The notes under the pieces were generated by a model that was not told the DNA's origin, did no database searches, and was given only the letters and a program-made list of their open reading frames with translations. Positions 11,074 to 23,700 of a stretch of 36,332 bases of DNA are shown in pieces. The stretch is taken from NCBI GenBank assembly GCA_009602735.1, contig WELA01000401.1, forward strand, positions 1 to 36,332, given 5' to 3'. Within the stretch, counting starts at the first letter, position 1, and each line of letters opens with the position of its first letter. A program made the position numbers and the translations under genes. Source of the stretch: Mesotaenium endlicherianum (taxonomy: Eukaryota).

Positions 11074-12543
11074 ATGGTAAGGACAAGGTCTCAAACTAGC
11101 AACTCTCAAGACATGGAGAACCACGATAACGAGAATGTCGAAAACCAGGCTGAAAGCCATGTAGCGGGAATCCGTACCTATTCGGAAGCAGTGGCAGATA
11201 CTGCAACTAGAGAGGTTGCAGATGAGGCAGCTGCTATTGCCGCAGTTGCAACACAGCAGGCTGAGGAGGAGAGAGCCAGATTAGAAGTTGAACGATTAGC
11301 AAAGGCTGCCAAAGATACAGAAAGGAGGGAAGGACAGCCAGCGGACGAGTACACTGTCGAAGAACGTATGGCATCAAGGGCCAATGTTCTGAATCCACCT
11401 CCTGCTGTACAACTCAATGTGCCCCGAGGTCAAATTTGTGACCGGCTGAATGCGGCAGGAATTGCTGCTGCAGGAGGGAGAGGGACTGTTGAGGACACTA
11501 CTTAGCGAGTGGATGCCATTGCTACTGCTGCATTTGCTAAACTCCCACCTCAAAGTGTGGATTTGGAAGCATTGTTCGTGCAAATGCAATCGCAAATGGC
11601 GAGCATGTATCAGTCCCAACAGGAGGACAAAAGAATCATAATGTGTCTGCTGCGGGACAGAGACCAACTAGGTTCTCAAACTACTGGTGGTGGTGGCAGA
11701 GGGCCTAGTAAGCCCAAACCGAAAACCTCCCCAGGATTATGATCCTGAGGGGAACAAAAAGTATTACCCGATCAAGTTTCTCGCTGATGTTGAGCAGTGG
11801 CTGGAGAACTATCTAGAACTGCAGGATTACGAGAAGATCAGGCACACTGGTGCTCTACTGAAAGGCAGTGCAGCAGACTGGTGGCTGTATTGTAAAGGAG
11901 AGCGTAAGGCTCAACAACTCGATGACCCTACTTGGGTGAAGTTTGTCGAGAAACTGCATGAGAAGTTTGATGTGATCAATCAGCAGAAGAAAGCTATCTA
12001 TGCGATGATCTCCTTGACACTGAAGCAGACCACTTCAGTTGCTGAGTTTGCTCAAAAGTTTCAGGAGAACATGATGAAGCAGCCAGACTTGCCAGAGCGG
12101 TATAAGATAGCATACTTCAGGTTTGGCTTGAAATCCGAGATTTTGCTGAAAAGAAGTATGAAAGACTGACTGACTTGATACAGGACGCTGATGCCTGGGA
12201 TCAGCAGCAGCTCAATCACAAGCGCCAAAGTGATGCTTTGGTGTCTAAGATTGTCAAAAAGCCCCACGGTTCCTACAATGCAATTGAAGGAGACCAGGCT
12301 GAGGATGATTAGGGTGATGAATATGAGTATGAGTATAATGCTATGCAGTCTAGAGGGAGAGGTGGTTTCTCTCGAGGCGGCTATGGAAAAGGTGGTGGTA
12401 GGACTAAGCCGAGACCAGCCTCAGCAAAATCTGTTTGGTTCCATTGCCAGCAGACGGGTCACTTCAGAGAGCAGTGTCCAGTCAAGCACCTCCCAAAGGT
12501 CGAGAGAAAAGACCAGCCTTTAAAAGACAGCAACAGTCGATAA
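11074..12543 (+). pseudogene. gag: Family A gag (A1), disrupted
   Basis: Colinear with gag 19280-20758. TAG at 11503-11505 and ~12310, frameshifts near 11725 and 12140, degenerate CCHC knuckle WFHCQQTGHFREQC. Confidence 0.93.
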
Positions 12544-15500
12544 CCCAGTCTACTAACTGTCAGGATGCTAGAGATAGTGAGTCGTCACTAGCTGCCCTCG
12601 TAGCAGGTATTATGGGTCCTGCTGAATTGGATTCACTACGCATGCCTGACAACCAGATAAAGNCGCATGCCTGACATCCAGATAAAGGAGGCCATCAACA
12701 ATATAGATCTCCAGAGAGTGCACACTTTGGATGATCTTGTTCCACCTGATATCCAACATTTCTTTGCTAAGTCAGGAGAACAATGCGAAAGTCAGGAAAA
12801 GACAGTCTCCCCTATCCTACTGCATTGCATGATTGCAAGTAGGAAGCTGAGGGCATTTGTTGATGGAGGGACGTCACATAATTTTATCCATAAGGACATA
12901 GTTAAGCGGCTAAGGCCGCCTACCGTCACCCAAGGGAATAGAAAAATATTCCTTGGAGATGCCTCAAGTATCCCGGGAGGAGTTATAACCAAGCCTATTG
13001 AGGTCCAGTTAGGTTCTGGCATTGCAGTTCTAATTGAAACGCTTACATTTGAGGTACTCAACACTGGTTTTTATGATCTCGTGCTAGGCAGGTCCTGGCT
13101 AAATAGACATCAAGCTGAAGTGTGTTGGAGCAGAGGTACGGATAAAGTGAGAGGAGCCAGTGATGAGCAGACTCTCTTGGCACCCACCAGTGCTCTTCCT
13201 CTTGTCTTGTATGGATGGCAAATGAAGGAAAAGAAGAGGCTTCCAGAAGGATGCAAATTGCTGAATGCAATGGAGTTCGTCAAAAGCTGGAACCAAAAGG
13301 AAGACAGAATGCTCTATCTGCTGCTAAGAGAGATACCTCCTCAATTTGCAGAAGTGGTTGGAAAAAGGTAAGTCCTCCGGAGCAACCTACTGCTGCAAAA
13401 ATTGTTGCTCAGTACACTGATGTTTTTAATATGCCTCCAAGACTACCTCCTAAGAGGGAAGTAGATCACAGGATTGACTTATTACCTGGGAGTTAGCCAC
13501 CCTGGCAACGCACTTATGACTTGTCTTATGTGGAGAGCAAAGAGTTGAAAACACAGATTGCAGGCTTGAGGAGAATGGTTACATTTCCCCCAGTAAATCA
13601 CCTTATGGCGCACCCGTCCTCTTTGTTAAGAAAAAGGATGGGAGTATGCGGATGTGCGTTGATTACAGAGCTCTTAACAGGATTACAGTAAAGAACAAGT
13701 ATGCTTCACCCAGAATTGAGGACTTGCTTGATACCCTGTCTGGTGCTAAAGTGTTCAATAAGATAGATTTTAAGAGTGGTTATCATCAAATCAGAATTGC
13801 TGAGGGGGATGAACACAAGACTGCCTTTCGCACACGTTATGGACACTATGAGTTCAACGTGATGCCATTTGGACTGACTAATGCTCTTGCAACCTTCATG
13901 AGTGCTATGAATGACATTTTCACACCTTACCTGGATAAGTTTGTGCAAGTCTTCCTAGATGATATTTTAATTTTCTCTAAAGATGAAGCTCAGCATGCTG
14001 AACATTTAAAAACAGTCAGGAACACTCTGAGAAGAAGCCAATTGTATGCAAAAATGAGCAAGTGTGATTTCTTCAAGGAAAGTATTGAATTTTGAGGCCA
14101 CGTTGTCAGCAAAGAAGGCGTCAGTGTGGATCTTAAGAAAGTCCAGACCATAAAGGACTAGCCTGTACCACAATCTATCTCCGAAGTTAGATCCTTCCTT
14201 GGGTTGGCTAACTACTATAGGAGATTCATTGAGAATTATTCTACAAAGGCCAGTAAACTGACTGACCTTACTAAGAAAGACATAGGGTATGTGTGGGGGG
14301 AAGAGCAGCAGGCTGCCTTCCAGACCCTTAAAGATGCTCTTCGTTCTGCCCCAGTGCTAGCCGTGTATGACCCCAGCAAACCTGTGCAGGTGGTTATCGA
14401 TGCTTCAGACTTTGCCATGGGTGCTATTTTGTTGCAGCCTGCTGACAAAACCACAAAGGATGGTAAGGTAAAGCAGGAGTGGCATCCTGTGTTGTATACG
14501 TTGAGTCCATGAAATTTAATCCAGCTGAGATTAATTACTCTGTGCATGATAAAGAGCTGCTAGCTATCATTCATGTGCTCAAACAGTGGAGAGCATACTT
14601 ACATGGTAAAGCTTTTAAGGTGATTACGGATCATCTAGCTCTAACTCACTTTCAGAAGAAGTCCAAGCTGTCAAGGAGGGAGAACCGCTGGAGCCAGATG
14701 CTGGAGCAGTTTCAAGTCCAGATTGACTACAAACCAGGGAAGTTAAATCCTGCTAATGCACTCTCTAGAAGACCTGACTTGCAAGAAAGGAACTTTAGTC
14801 AGCACGCTGTAGATAAAGTCCTTTGTGCACTCATTTCACTGAAGGTGAAAAGGTCCTTCCTCAAACAATGTAGGAAAGCCTACCTTTCTGACCCAACAGT
14901 TGAGCCCAGCCCCACTGATGGTGTGTGTCTTGCTACTGCACTCGGGTATAAGCTTAAGGGAGGCGTCTGGGTGAGTGAAACCACTTCAGGCAGGCTGAAG
15001 CTGGTCATTCCTAATAACTTGGAAATAAGGTCCCTTTTACTGAGTCAAGCACATGACAATTTACTGGGTGGGCATTTGCGGCAGGCCAAAACTGTTGGCA
15101 AACTGGCAAGATATTATCATTGGAAGGGATTACCTCGGGAGGTCTTGAAATATGTTAAATCCTGTGATCAGTGTCAAAGAAATAAGTCTAGGCACACAGC
15201 ACCGGGGGGTCTCTTACAACCGCTGTCCATCCCAGCTGAAAGCTGGGAATCAATATCCATGGACTGGGTGGTAACACCGCCACGAACTGCCAATGGGCAT
15301 AATTCAATACTGGTAGTCGTGGATAAACTGACAAAAATGGTCATTTTCATCCCCACAACTGTCAAAGTAACTGCACTCGAAACAGCGAGACCATGTTGTA
15401 TGGCAACATGGGCTACCCTCTAATATCATCTCAGACTCAAAATTTACCTCTAAGTTCTGGAGAGCTTTAATGGGGTTAATGGGAGTCAACAGCTGCTCAG

Positions 15501-16339
15501 CACAGCAAACTAGCCTCAAATTGATGGGCAGACTGAAAGAACTAACAAAGTTCTGCAAGAGGTGTTGATAGCATATACTAACCAGAAACTAGACAATTGG
15601 GATGACCTGTTGCCTCAAATCCAGTTTGTGGTCAACAGTGCGGTGCACGCGTCAACGGGCAAGACTCCTTTCGAACTGAGCCTGGTTGAAGTCCCTAAGT
15701 CTCCTTTAGATGTACTAGGGGAGTCTTCAACTCACCCTGAAGGGATTGTTAATCCGGTCTCCCTCCAGTTAACCCAGATGTTTGCTGACACCCTGTCAGA
15801 AGTCCAACAGAACCTGCACAAAGTCCAGAAATAACCAACAAAAATACGCTAATGAGCACCGTTGAGAACTGACATTTTTTAAAGGCGATTTGGTCAAACT
15901 GCATTCTCAGCACCTGTACCTGCCTGGTGTGATGAAGAAAAAGCTTGGTCTTGTCTGGGTCGGTCCATATTCGGTGGTGCGCCGTGTCGGTCAGAATGCT
16001 TACAAACTGAACATATCAGCAAAATACAAGGGTCACCCAGTCTTTAATGTCTCCTTCCTAGAACCATACATTGAAGGTGACACACTGTTCACAGGTCGGT
16101 TACCCGTCCAACCGGGACCGATCCCCGCTGTCAAGGAAGGTGACCCTGAGGAGTATGAGGTCGAGGAGATTTTAGACGCTCGCTTTGTCCGTTGATCATC
16201 TAAATATGTCATGAAGTACCTGGTCAGATGGAAGGATTACGATGCCCCTGGGGACACTTGGGAATTTAAAGACCAGCCGACCAATGCCAAAGGGGCGTTG
16301 AAACGGTTCCACCTTCGGGCGGCTGGCACCCCTTCCTAA
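12519..16339 (+). pseudogene. pol: Family A pol (A1): protease-RT-RNase H-integrase-chromodomain, disrupted
   Basis: [21 protein letters not shown]...MPFGLTNA...[29 protein letters not shown]; zinc finger HDNLLGGH...CDQC; SMDWV...VVVDKLTK; HPVFNVSFL; EYEVEEILD...YLVRWKDY...DTWE. Many stops and frameshifts. Confidence 0.95.
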
Positions 16340-16688
16340 CTGTCATTTCAATGGACATGGACAGGTGACAAGAGGTCTTGTCTCCATATAATTTGGAGGG
16401 GAATGTGACAGTTAGTGACAGATAGTGACAGTTGTGACAAGCAACCCACCTTTAAAATTAAGTTGGAGGGAGTGTGTTCCGTCTTGGGATTAGCCAAGCA
16501 AATTTTATAACCATTCTACACACTCAACCTGCGCTCATATTCACTTTTTCTCTCTAACTCTTATCCTCACTTACACAAGGTACTACACACTAGGGACTCT
16601 CCCTATCGCGTTCTTCTTCACCACGGGCACTCACTAGCGGAAAAATATCATGACTTCACTGATTGCATTGTGTTTATGATTGAGCAGG

Positions 16689-18349
16689 ATGACTGAGAAG
16701 TCGGAACTTAAGAGGAAGAGAAGAGCGGAAGAGGCACATGCAGAATACTTGCAATTCTGTGGCGACATCGAATCATCCTCCATCTCCGCTCGGGAACCAC
16801 AACAACTCCAACAACAGCGGGAGGCACAAAAGAAGGAGGAGGAGGAGGAGGAGCAGGCCAAGCTGAGGCAGGAAGAACTGCACAAAAAAGCTGCAGAGGA
16901 GGCCAAGAAGGCGGAAGAGGAGAGGCAAGCTGAGGAGAGGCGGAAGCAGCAGGCTGACAAAGAAGAACAGAGGAGAATCAGCAGCTACCGCTACACAGTG
17001 CTGGGCAAGGGCTTTGATCTACTGGAGGAGGCCTTCAAGTTTGCCCAGAGAAGTCGCAGTGAGGCACAGCAGGACATCCTGCACAGGGAAGTGGAGACAT
17101 CTGAGACTTCGACAAGTATATAGAGGTCAGCACAGGACTCCTCCTCTACCACGATTATGCCGGGATGGTAGGATATACGGTTAGAGAGGCCAAGGCAATG
17201 GCCCAAGTGAATGAGGAAGGAGCTGTATCAATTCCGGGTATCTGGGGGAAAGATAGGGTCATCAGGATGATCCCTATGGACGCGGACAGCTTTAAGGACT
17301 CTACATCCCATAACAGGTTCAAGGCCATGTATAATGAGGTGGAATGAAGGAGCTGGGAATTCTTGGCGAAGGAGACCAGTCAGCTCGACTTCTCAGGGCA
17401 TTGGTACCCTTGTACTCTGAAAAGGACAGACCCTGCCTTCTTCCAAAAGCCCATCGATTGGCGGTGGATGACCATCAACATGAGGGACCAGCAAAATGAC
17501 AAGGCAAGGGAGGAAGACTTTCTAACAGACCTACAGGAGAACATCGTGTTGCCTCCTCATATTGTAACTTGGGACCTAAGATTGGATGGAGTAAGAGACT
17601 GCATGAGCCAAGAAATGCAGGAGGAGAGGAGCAGGGCCCGAGAGTCTTTCTCTAAAGGGAAGCACGTTTATGCCAAATGGGCAAGCAAGCAGGGAGAAAA
17701 GGACCTGTATGCGGTCCGGACTCAACAGCCCCCACCAACACCCAAAAGGGGAAGGTCAGTGGGGTATTCTTTCTCTCGGGAAGAGCTGGAGCAGCTGACG
17801 AAGGAGACCCCAGCAATCTCAGAGGAGCCAGGGGAAGGAGAGGAGGAGGGGTCAGAGGAAAAAGAAGAGGAAGGCGAGGAGGAGGACACTAGCCGCGCTG
17901 TGTTCCTGACACCTGCCACATCCCCTGTAAGGGAGAAGACTGGGTTGGCCCTGCATCAGCTCGCTAAAGAAGAAGATATCACTTGGCTGGGAATTACCAG
18001 TGGACAGAGCCCATCTGCAGGCACAGAGTCCTAGTCAGACAGGGCAGACAGGAGGGCTGCTAGAGAAATAGCCAGAGGCCTGCCGGCATCTCCCTCGCAG
18101 AGAGGGCATGTGCCCTTGGCTCATGTCATGCAATATCCTTCTGGGATGCCGGTATATGTACCTGTCTGTTTGAGGGCTGCCCAGGAGAAGGCTGCCTCCA
18201 ATCAATTTTAGACTGTGCAGGAGGAAACAGCCCAGTTACTGCGTTCTCCCCGGGGCCCCTACGCGGATCCCCCAGGCTTTAGGAGACTCCAAGACAGGAG
18301 GAGGTCTGGCTCCCCTGACCATAAGGCCCCAGGGACATCTCCCTCCTAA
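16689..18349 (+). pseudogene. Family A extra ORF (ORF3) of unknown function, copy A1
   Basis: Charged coiled-coil N-terminus, central globular region and acidic tail. 1-nt deletion ~17103, TGA at 17345, TAG at 18032-18034, then in-frame continuation to TAA 18349. Colinear with the A2 copy. Confidence 0.8.
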
Positions 18350-18525
18350 TGGCAGCAGGCTGAGGGTGGAAGGGACAGCACGCTGTTACTAGTGATCCCC
18401 ACCGTTAGGTATCAGTGTTGAAGCAAAAGGTGGTGGGAGGCAGATCAGTACTTTCAGCTAGAGGAACTATGTACCCAGTGTTAGTGTTGTAGGGTTTAGG
18501 GTTTCGAGGCAACAATAGGAGGGAT

Positions 18526-19245
18526 TGTGATGAATCGGAATATCGGTTGACATCATATTCATTTAAATAATATAGTTAAATAAGTTCAACCTGCTGAACT
18601 CTAGTTAACGATCAATCTGCTGGACTTTATATTTAATATCAGTTTAATGACTCGGCCGGAAGTAGCAGGCTGATGTCACCTTAAGTCAGCTTGCTGACAC
18701 ATTCTTTGACAGCCAGCTGACTTCCGTACTCGGTAGCAGCGAACTGCCTCGATATGCATCTAAGTGTGGTGTGCTAGATAAATGGCCAGATGACATCCCT
18801 ATGATGGATGGCGATTCGGGATGATGGGAGATGGCGGTGGATTTGGTTAACCGAGGTCCTACCAACGTGGTTAACTCCCGGGTAGGCGGTGCCATCGCAC
18901 TGACCGTTGAACAGTAAACTCATTCCATGTACATATGCTAGGCATTGCTCTCGAGTTCGGCATTCGGAAACGAGGCCAACTCTCTTGTACAGCTTACTGA
19001 GAGAGATCTGAATCCAAGGCGAGAAGCCATTGATACGCACTGTCTTCTAACCTTGCTTATGTATGAGTTTACTGATTTGCATTATTGATGCTAGTTTACT
19101 CGCATTTGACTTACGAGTATTATACACTGCTAGTGTGTTGTCCTTTGCCGTTTAACCAGTTAACGGAAATACCATAAAGATTACTTGCTGATATAAAGAT
19201 CTTTATTAATTGTTAATCGCCTATTTGGTAAGTCGATTCATTTCA
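18526..19245 (+). repeat. Family A LTR shared between A1 internal region and A2 (5' LTR of A2)
   Basis: Preceded by PPT aataggagggat; TGTGATGAAT...ATTCATTTCA; followed by PBS TGGTATCGGAGC (19247-19258). Closest in sequence to LTR 26606-27326. Confidence 0.95.
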
Positions 19246-19279
19246 GTGGTATCGGAGCAGTTATCACAGTCTTCTTTGT

Positions 19280-20758
19280 ATGGTAAGGACAAGGTCTCAA
19301 ACTAGCAACTCTTTAGACATGGAGAACCAGGATAACGAGAATGTCAAAAACCAGGCGGAAAGCCATGTAGCGGGAACCCGTACCTATTCTGAAGCAGTAG
19401 CAGATACTGCAGCTAGAGAGGCTGCAGATGAGGCAGCTGCTATTGCCGCAGTCGCAGCACAGCAAGCTGAGGAGGAGAGAGCCAGATTAGAGGCTGAACA
19501 ACTAGCAAAGGCCGCTGAAGATACAAAAAGGAGGAAAGGACAGCCAGCTGACGAGCACACTGTCGAGGAACTCATGGCATCAAGGGCCAATGTTCTGAAC
19601 CCACCTCCTGCTGTACAACTTAATGTACCCCTAGGTCAAACACGTGACCGGCTGAATGCGGCAGGAATTGCTGCTGCAGGAGCGAGAGGGACTGTTGAGG
19701 ACACTACTCAGCGAGTAGATGCCAATGCTGCTGCTGCTTTTGCTAGACTACCACCCCAGAATGTAGACTTGGGAGCATTGTTCGTTCAAATGCAGTCGCA
19801 AATGGCGACCATGTATCAATCCCAGTTGGAGGACAAAAGAATCATAATGTCTCTACTGCAGGACAAAGACCAACTGGGGTCTCAAACCACTAGTGGTGGT
19901 GGCCGAGGGCCTAGTAAGCCCAAGCCAAAACCTCCCCAGGAATATGATCCTGAGGGAAACACAAAATATTACCTGATCAAGTTTCTCGCGGATGTTGAGC
20001 AGTGGCTGGAGAACTACCCAGAACTGCAAGATTACGAGAAGGTCAGGCACACCGGTGCGCTACTGAAAGGCAGTGCCGCAGACTGGTGGCTTTACTGGAA
20101 GGAAGAGCGTAAGGCTCGGCAACTCGGTGACCCTACGTGGGTAGAGTTTGTCGAGAAGTTGCATGAGAAGTTTGATGTCATCAACCAGCAGGAGAAAGCT
20201 ATCTATGCGATGATCTCCCTGACACTGAAGCAGACCACTTCAGTTGCTGAGTTTGCTCAAAAGTTCCAAGAGAACATGATGAAGCAGCCTGATTTGCCAG
20301 AACGGTATAGGATAGCATACTTCAGGTATGGCTTGAAATCCGAGGTCTCTGGTCATTTTGCTGAGAAAAAGTATGAGAAACTGGCTGACTTGATCCAGGA
20401 TGCTGACGCCTGGGATCAGCAGCAGTTCAATCACAAGCGCCAGAGTAACGCTTTGGTGTCTAAGATTGTCAAAAAGCCCCACGGTTCCTACAATGCAGTT
20501 GAAGGAGACCAGGCTGAGGATAATCAGGGTGATGAATATGAGTATGAGTACAATGCTATTCAGTCTAGAGGTAGAGGTGGTCCCTCTCGAGGTGGCTATG
20601 GAAGGGGTGGTGGTAGGACTAAGCCGAGACCAGCCTCAGCAAAATCTACTTGCTACCATTGTCAGCAGAAAGGCCACTACAGAGAACAGTGTCCGGTCAA
20701 GCACCTGCCTAAGGTCGAGAGAAAAGACCAGCCTTTAAAAGACAGCAACAGTCAGTAA
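19280..20758 (+). CDS. gag: Intact Gag (492 aa) of A2 with capsid-like region and CCHC zinc knuckle
   Basis: Uninterrupted [12 protein letters not shown]...[14 protein letters not shown]...YFRYGLK (retrotransposon gag), an RGG tract and [14 protein letters not shown]. Confidence 0.95.
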   Translation: MVRTRSQTSNSLDMENQDNENVKNQAESHVAGTRTYSEAVADTAAREAADEAAAIAAVAAQQAEEERARLEAEQLAKAAEDTKRRKGQPADEHTVEELMASRANVLNPPPAVQLNVPLGQTRDRLNAAGIAAAGARGTVEDTTQRVDANAAAAFARLPPQNVDLGALFVQMQSQMATMYQSQLEDKRIIMSLLQDKDQLGSQTTSGGGRGPSKPKPKPPQEYDPEGNTKYYLIKFLADVEQWLENYPELQDYEKVRHTGALLKGSAADWWLYWKEERKARQLGDPTWVEFVEKLHEKFDVINQQEKAIYAMISLTLKQTTSVAEFAQKFQENMMKQPDLPERYRIAYFRYGLKSEVSGHFAEKKYEKLADLIQDADAWDQQQFNHKRQSNALVSKIVKKPHGSYNAVEGDQAEDNQGDEYEYEYNAIQSRGRGGPSRGGYGRGGGRTKPRPASAKSTCYHCQQKGHYREQCPVKHLPKVERKDQPLKDSNSQ

Positions 20759-20775
20759 TCCAGTCTACTGACTGT
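20734..20775 (+). promoter_or_regulatory. Candidate -1 programmed ribosomal frameshift signal (gag to pol)
   Basis: T TTA AAA heptamer in gag phase (20734-20740), 7-nt spacer, then a perfect 10-bp stem ACAGTCAGTA/TACTGACTGT with an 8-nt loop. pol is open in the -1 frame. Heptamer also at 12519 and 28252. Confidence 0.8.
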
Positions 20776-23700
20776 GAGGATGCTAGAGATAGTGAGTCGT
20801 CACTAGCTGCCCTCGTAGCAGGTATTATGGGTCCTGCTGAACTGGATTCACTATGCATGCCTGACAACCAGATAAAGGAGACCATCAGCAATATAGACGT
20901 CCAGAGAGTGCACACTCTGGATGCTCTTGTTCCACCTGATGTCCAACATTTCTTTGCTACGTCAGGAGAACAATGCGAAAGTCAGGAAAAGACAGTCCCC
21001 CCTATCCTACTGCATTGCATGATTGCAGGTAGGAAGGTGAGGGCATTTGTTGACGGAGGGGCGTCACATACTTTTATCCACAAGGACTTAGTTAAGCGGC
21101 TAAGGCTGCCTACTGTCACCCAAGGGAATAGAAAAATATTCCTTGGAGATGCCTCAAGTATCCCGGGAGGAGTTATAACCAAGCCTATTGAGGTCCAGTT
21201 AGGTTCTGGCATTGCAGTTCTAACTGAAACGCTTACATTTGAGGTACTCAACACTGGCTTTTATGATCTCGTGCTAGGCAGGTCCTGGCTTAATAGACAT
21301 CAAGCTGAAGTGTGTTGGAGCAGAGGTACAGTTAAAGTGAGAGGAGCCAGTGATGGGCAGACTGACTTGGCACCCACCAGTGCTCTTCCTCTTGTCCTGT
21401 GTGGATGGCAAATGAAGGAAAAGAAGAGGCTTCCAGAAGGATGCAAGTTGCTGAATGCAATGGAGTTCGTCAAAAGCTGGAACCAGAAGGAAGACAGAAT
21501 GTTCTGTCTGCTGCTAAGAGAGGTACCTCCTCAACCTGAAGAAGTGGTTGAGAAAAAGGTAAGCCCTCCGGAGCACCCTACTGCTGCAAAATTTGTTGCT
21601 CAGTACACGGATGTATTTAATATGCCTCCAGGACTACCCCCTAAGAGGGAAGTTGATCATAGGATTGATTTATTACCTGGGAGTCAGCCACCTTGGCAAC
21701 GCACGTATGGCTTGTCTTATGTGGAGAGCGAGGAGTTGAAAACACAGATTGCAGAGCTTGAGGAAAATGGTTATATTTCTCCCAGGAAATCACCTTACGG
21801 CGCACCCATCCTATTTGTTAAGAAAAAGGATGGCACTATGCGGATGTGTGTGGATTTCAGAGCCTTGAACAGAATTACAGTAAAGAACAAGTATGCTTTA
21901 CCCACGATCAAGGACTTGCTTGATACCCTGTCTGGTGCTAAGGTGTTCAGTAAGAAGATCTCAAGAGTGGTTATCATCAAATCAGAATTGCTGAGGGGGA
22001 TGAACACAAGACTGCTTCCGTACACGTTATGGACACTATGAGTTCAACGTGATGCCATTTGGACTGACAAATGCTCCTGCCACCTTCAAGGGTGCTATGA
22101 ATGACATTTTCAGACCTTATTTCGATAAGTTTGTGCAAATTTTCCTGGATTATATTTTAATTTTCTCTAAAGATGAAGCTCAGCACGCTGAACACTTAAA
22201 GACAGTCCTGGACACTCTAAGAACGAATCTCTTATATGCTAAAATGAGCAAGTGTGATTTCTTTAAAGACAGTATTGAACTCTTAGGCCACGTTGTCAGT
22301 AAAGAGGGCATCAGTGTGGATCCTAAGAAAGTCCAGACCATAAGGGACTGGCCAGTACCACAGTCAATCTCTGAAGTTAGATCCTTCCTCGGGTTGGCTA
22401 ACTACTAAAGGAGATTTATTGAGAATTATTCCACAAAGGCCAGTAAACTGACTGGCCTTACTAAGAAAGACATAGGGTATGTGTGGGGGGAAGAGCAGCA
22501 GGCTGCCTTCCAGACCCTTAAAGATGCCCTTTGTTTTGCCCCAGTGCTAGCTGTGTTTGACCCCAGCAAACCGGTGTAGGTGGTTACTGATGCCTCTGAC
22601 TTTGCCATGGGTGCTATTTTGTTGCAGCCTGCTGACAAAACCACAAAGGATGGTAAGGTACGGCAGGAGTGGCATCCTGTGTTGTAGGAGTCTATGAAAT
22701 TTAATCCAGCGGAGATTAATTACTCAGTGCATGATAAAGAGCTGCTAGCTATCATTCATGTGCTCAAACAGTGGAGAGCATACTTACATGGTAAAGCTTT
22801 TAAGGTGATTACAGATCATCTAGCTCTGACCCACTTTCAGAAGAAGTCCAAGCTGTCGAGGAGGGAGAACCGCTGGAGCCAGATGCTGGAGCAGTTCCAA
22901 GTCCAGATCGACTACAAACCAAGGAAGTTGAATCCTGCTGATGCACTCTCTAGAAGACCTGACTTGCAAGAAAGGAACTTTAGTCAGCATGCTGTAGATA
23001 AAGTCCTGTGTGCACTCACTTCACTAAAGGTGAAAAAGTCCTTCCTTGAACAACTTAGGAAAGCCTACCTTTCTGACCCAACATTTGAGCCCAGCCCCAC
23101 TACTGGTGTGTGTCGTGCTACTGCACTCGGGTATAAGCTCAAGGGAGGGGTCTGGGTGACTGAAACCACTTCAGGCAGGCTGAAGCTGGTCATTCCTAAT
23201 AATTTGGAAATAAGGTCTCTCTTACTGAGTCAAGCTCATGACAGTCTCCTGGGTGGACATTTGGGGCAGGCCAAAACTGTTGGCAAACTGGCAAAACATT
23301 ATCATTGGGAGGGGTTACCCCGGGAGGTCTTGAAATATGTCAAGTCTTGTGACCAGTGTCAAAGTAATAAGTCTCGGCACACACCACCCGGAGGTCTCTT
23401 GCAACCACTGCCCATCCCAGCTGGACGCTAGGAAACTATATCCATGGACTGGGTGGTCTCACTACCAAGAATTGCCAATGGGCATGATTCAATATTGGTA
23501 GTTGTGGATAAATTGACAAAAATGGTCATTTTTATCCCCACAGCTGTCAAAGTGACTGCACTCGAAACAGCGAGACAATTCTACAACCATGTAGTATGCC
23601 AACATGGGCTCCCTTATAATATCATCTCAGACAGAGACTCAAAATTTACCTCTAAGTTCTGGAGAGCTTTAATGGGGTTAATGGGAGTCAATAGCTGCTC

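Noticed and set aside
12639..12687. ~23-bp direct duplication (cgcatgcctgaca.ccagataaag) around a single N in A1 pol
   Set aside because: A single N between overlapping copies, absent in A2, indicates a contig-join artefact.
16689..18034. env interpretation of ORF3
   Set aside because: No signal peptide or hydrophobic transmembrane stretch; the protein is highly charged.
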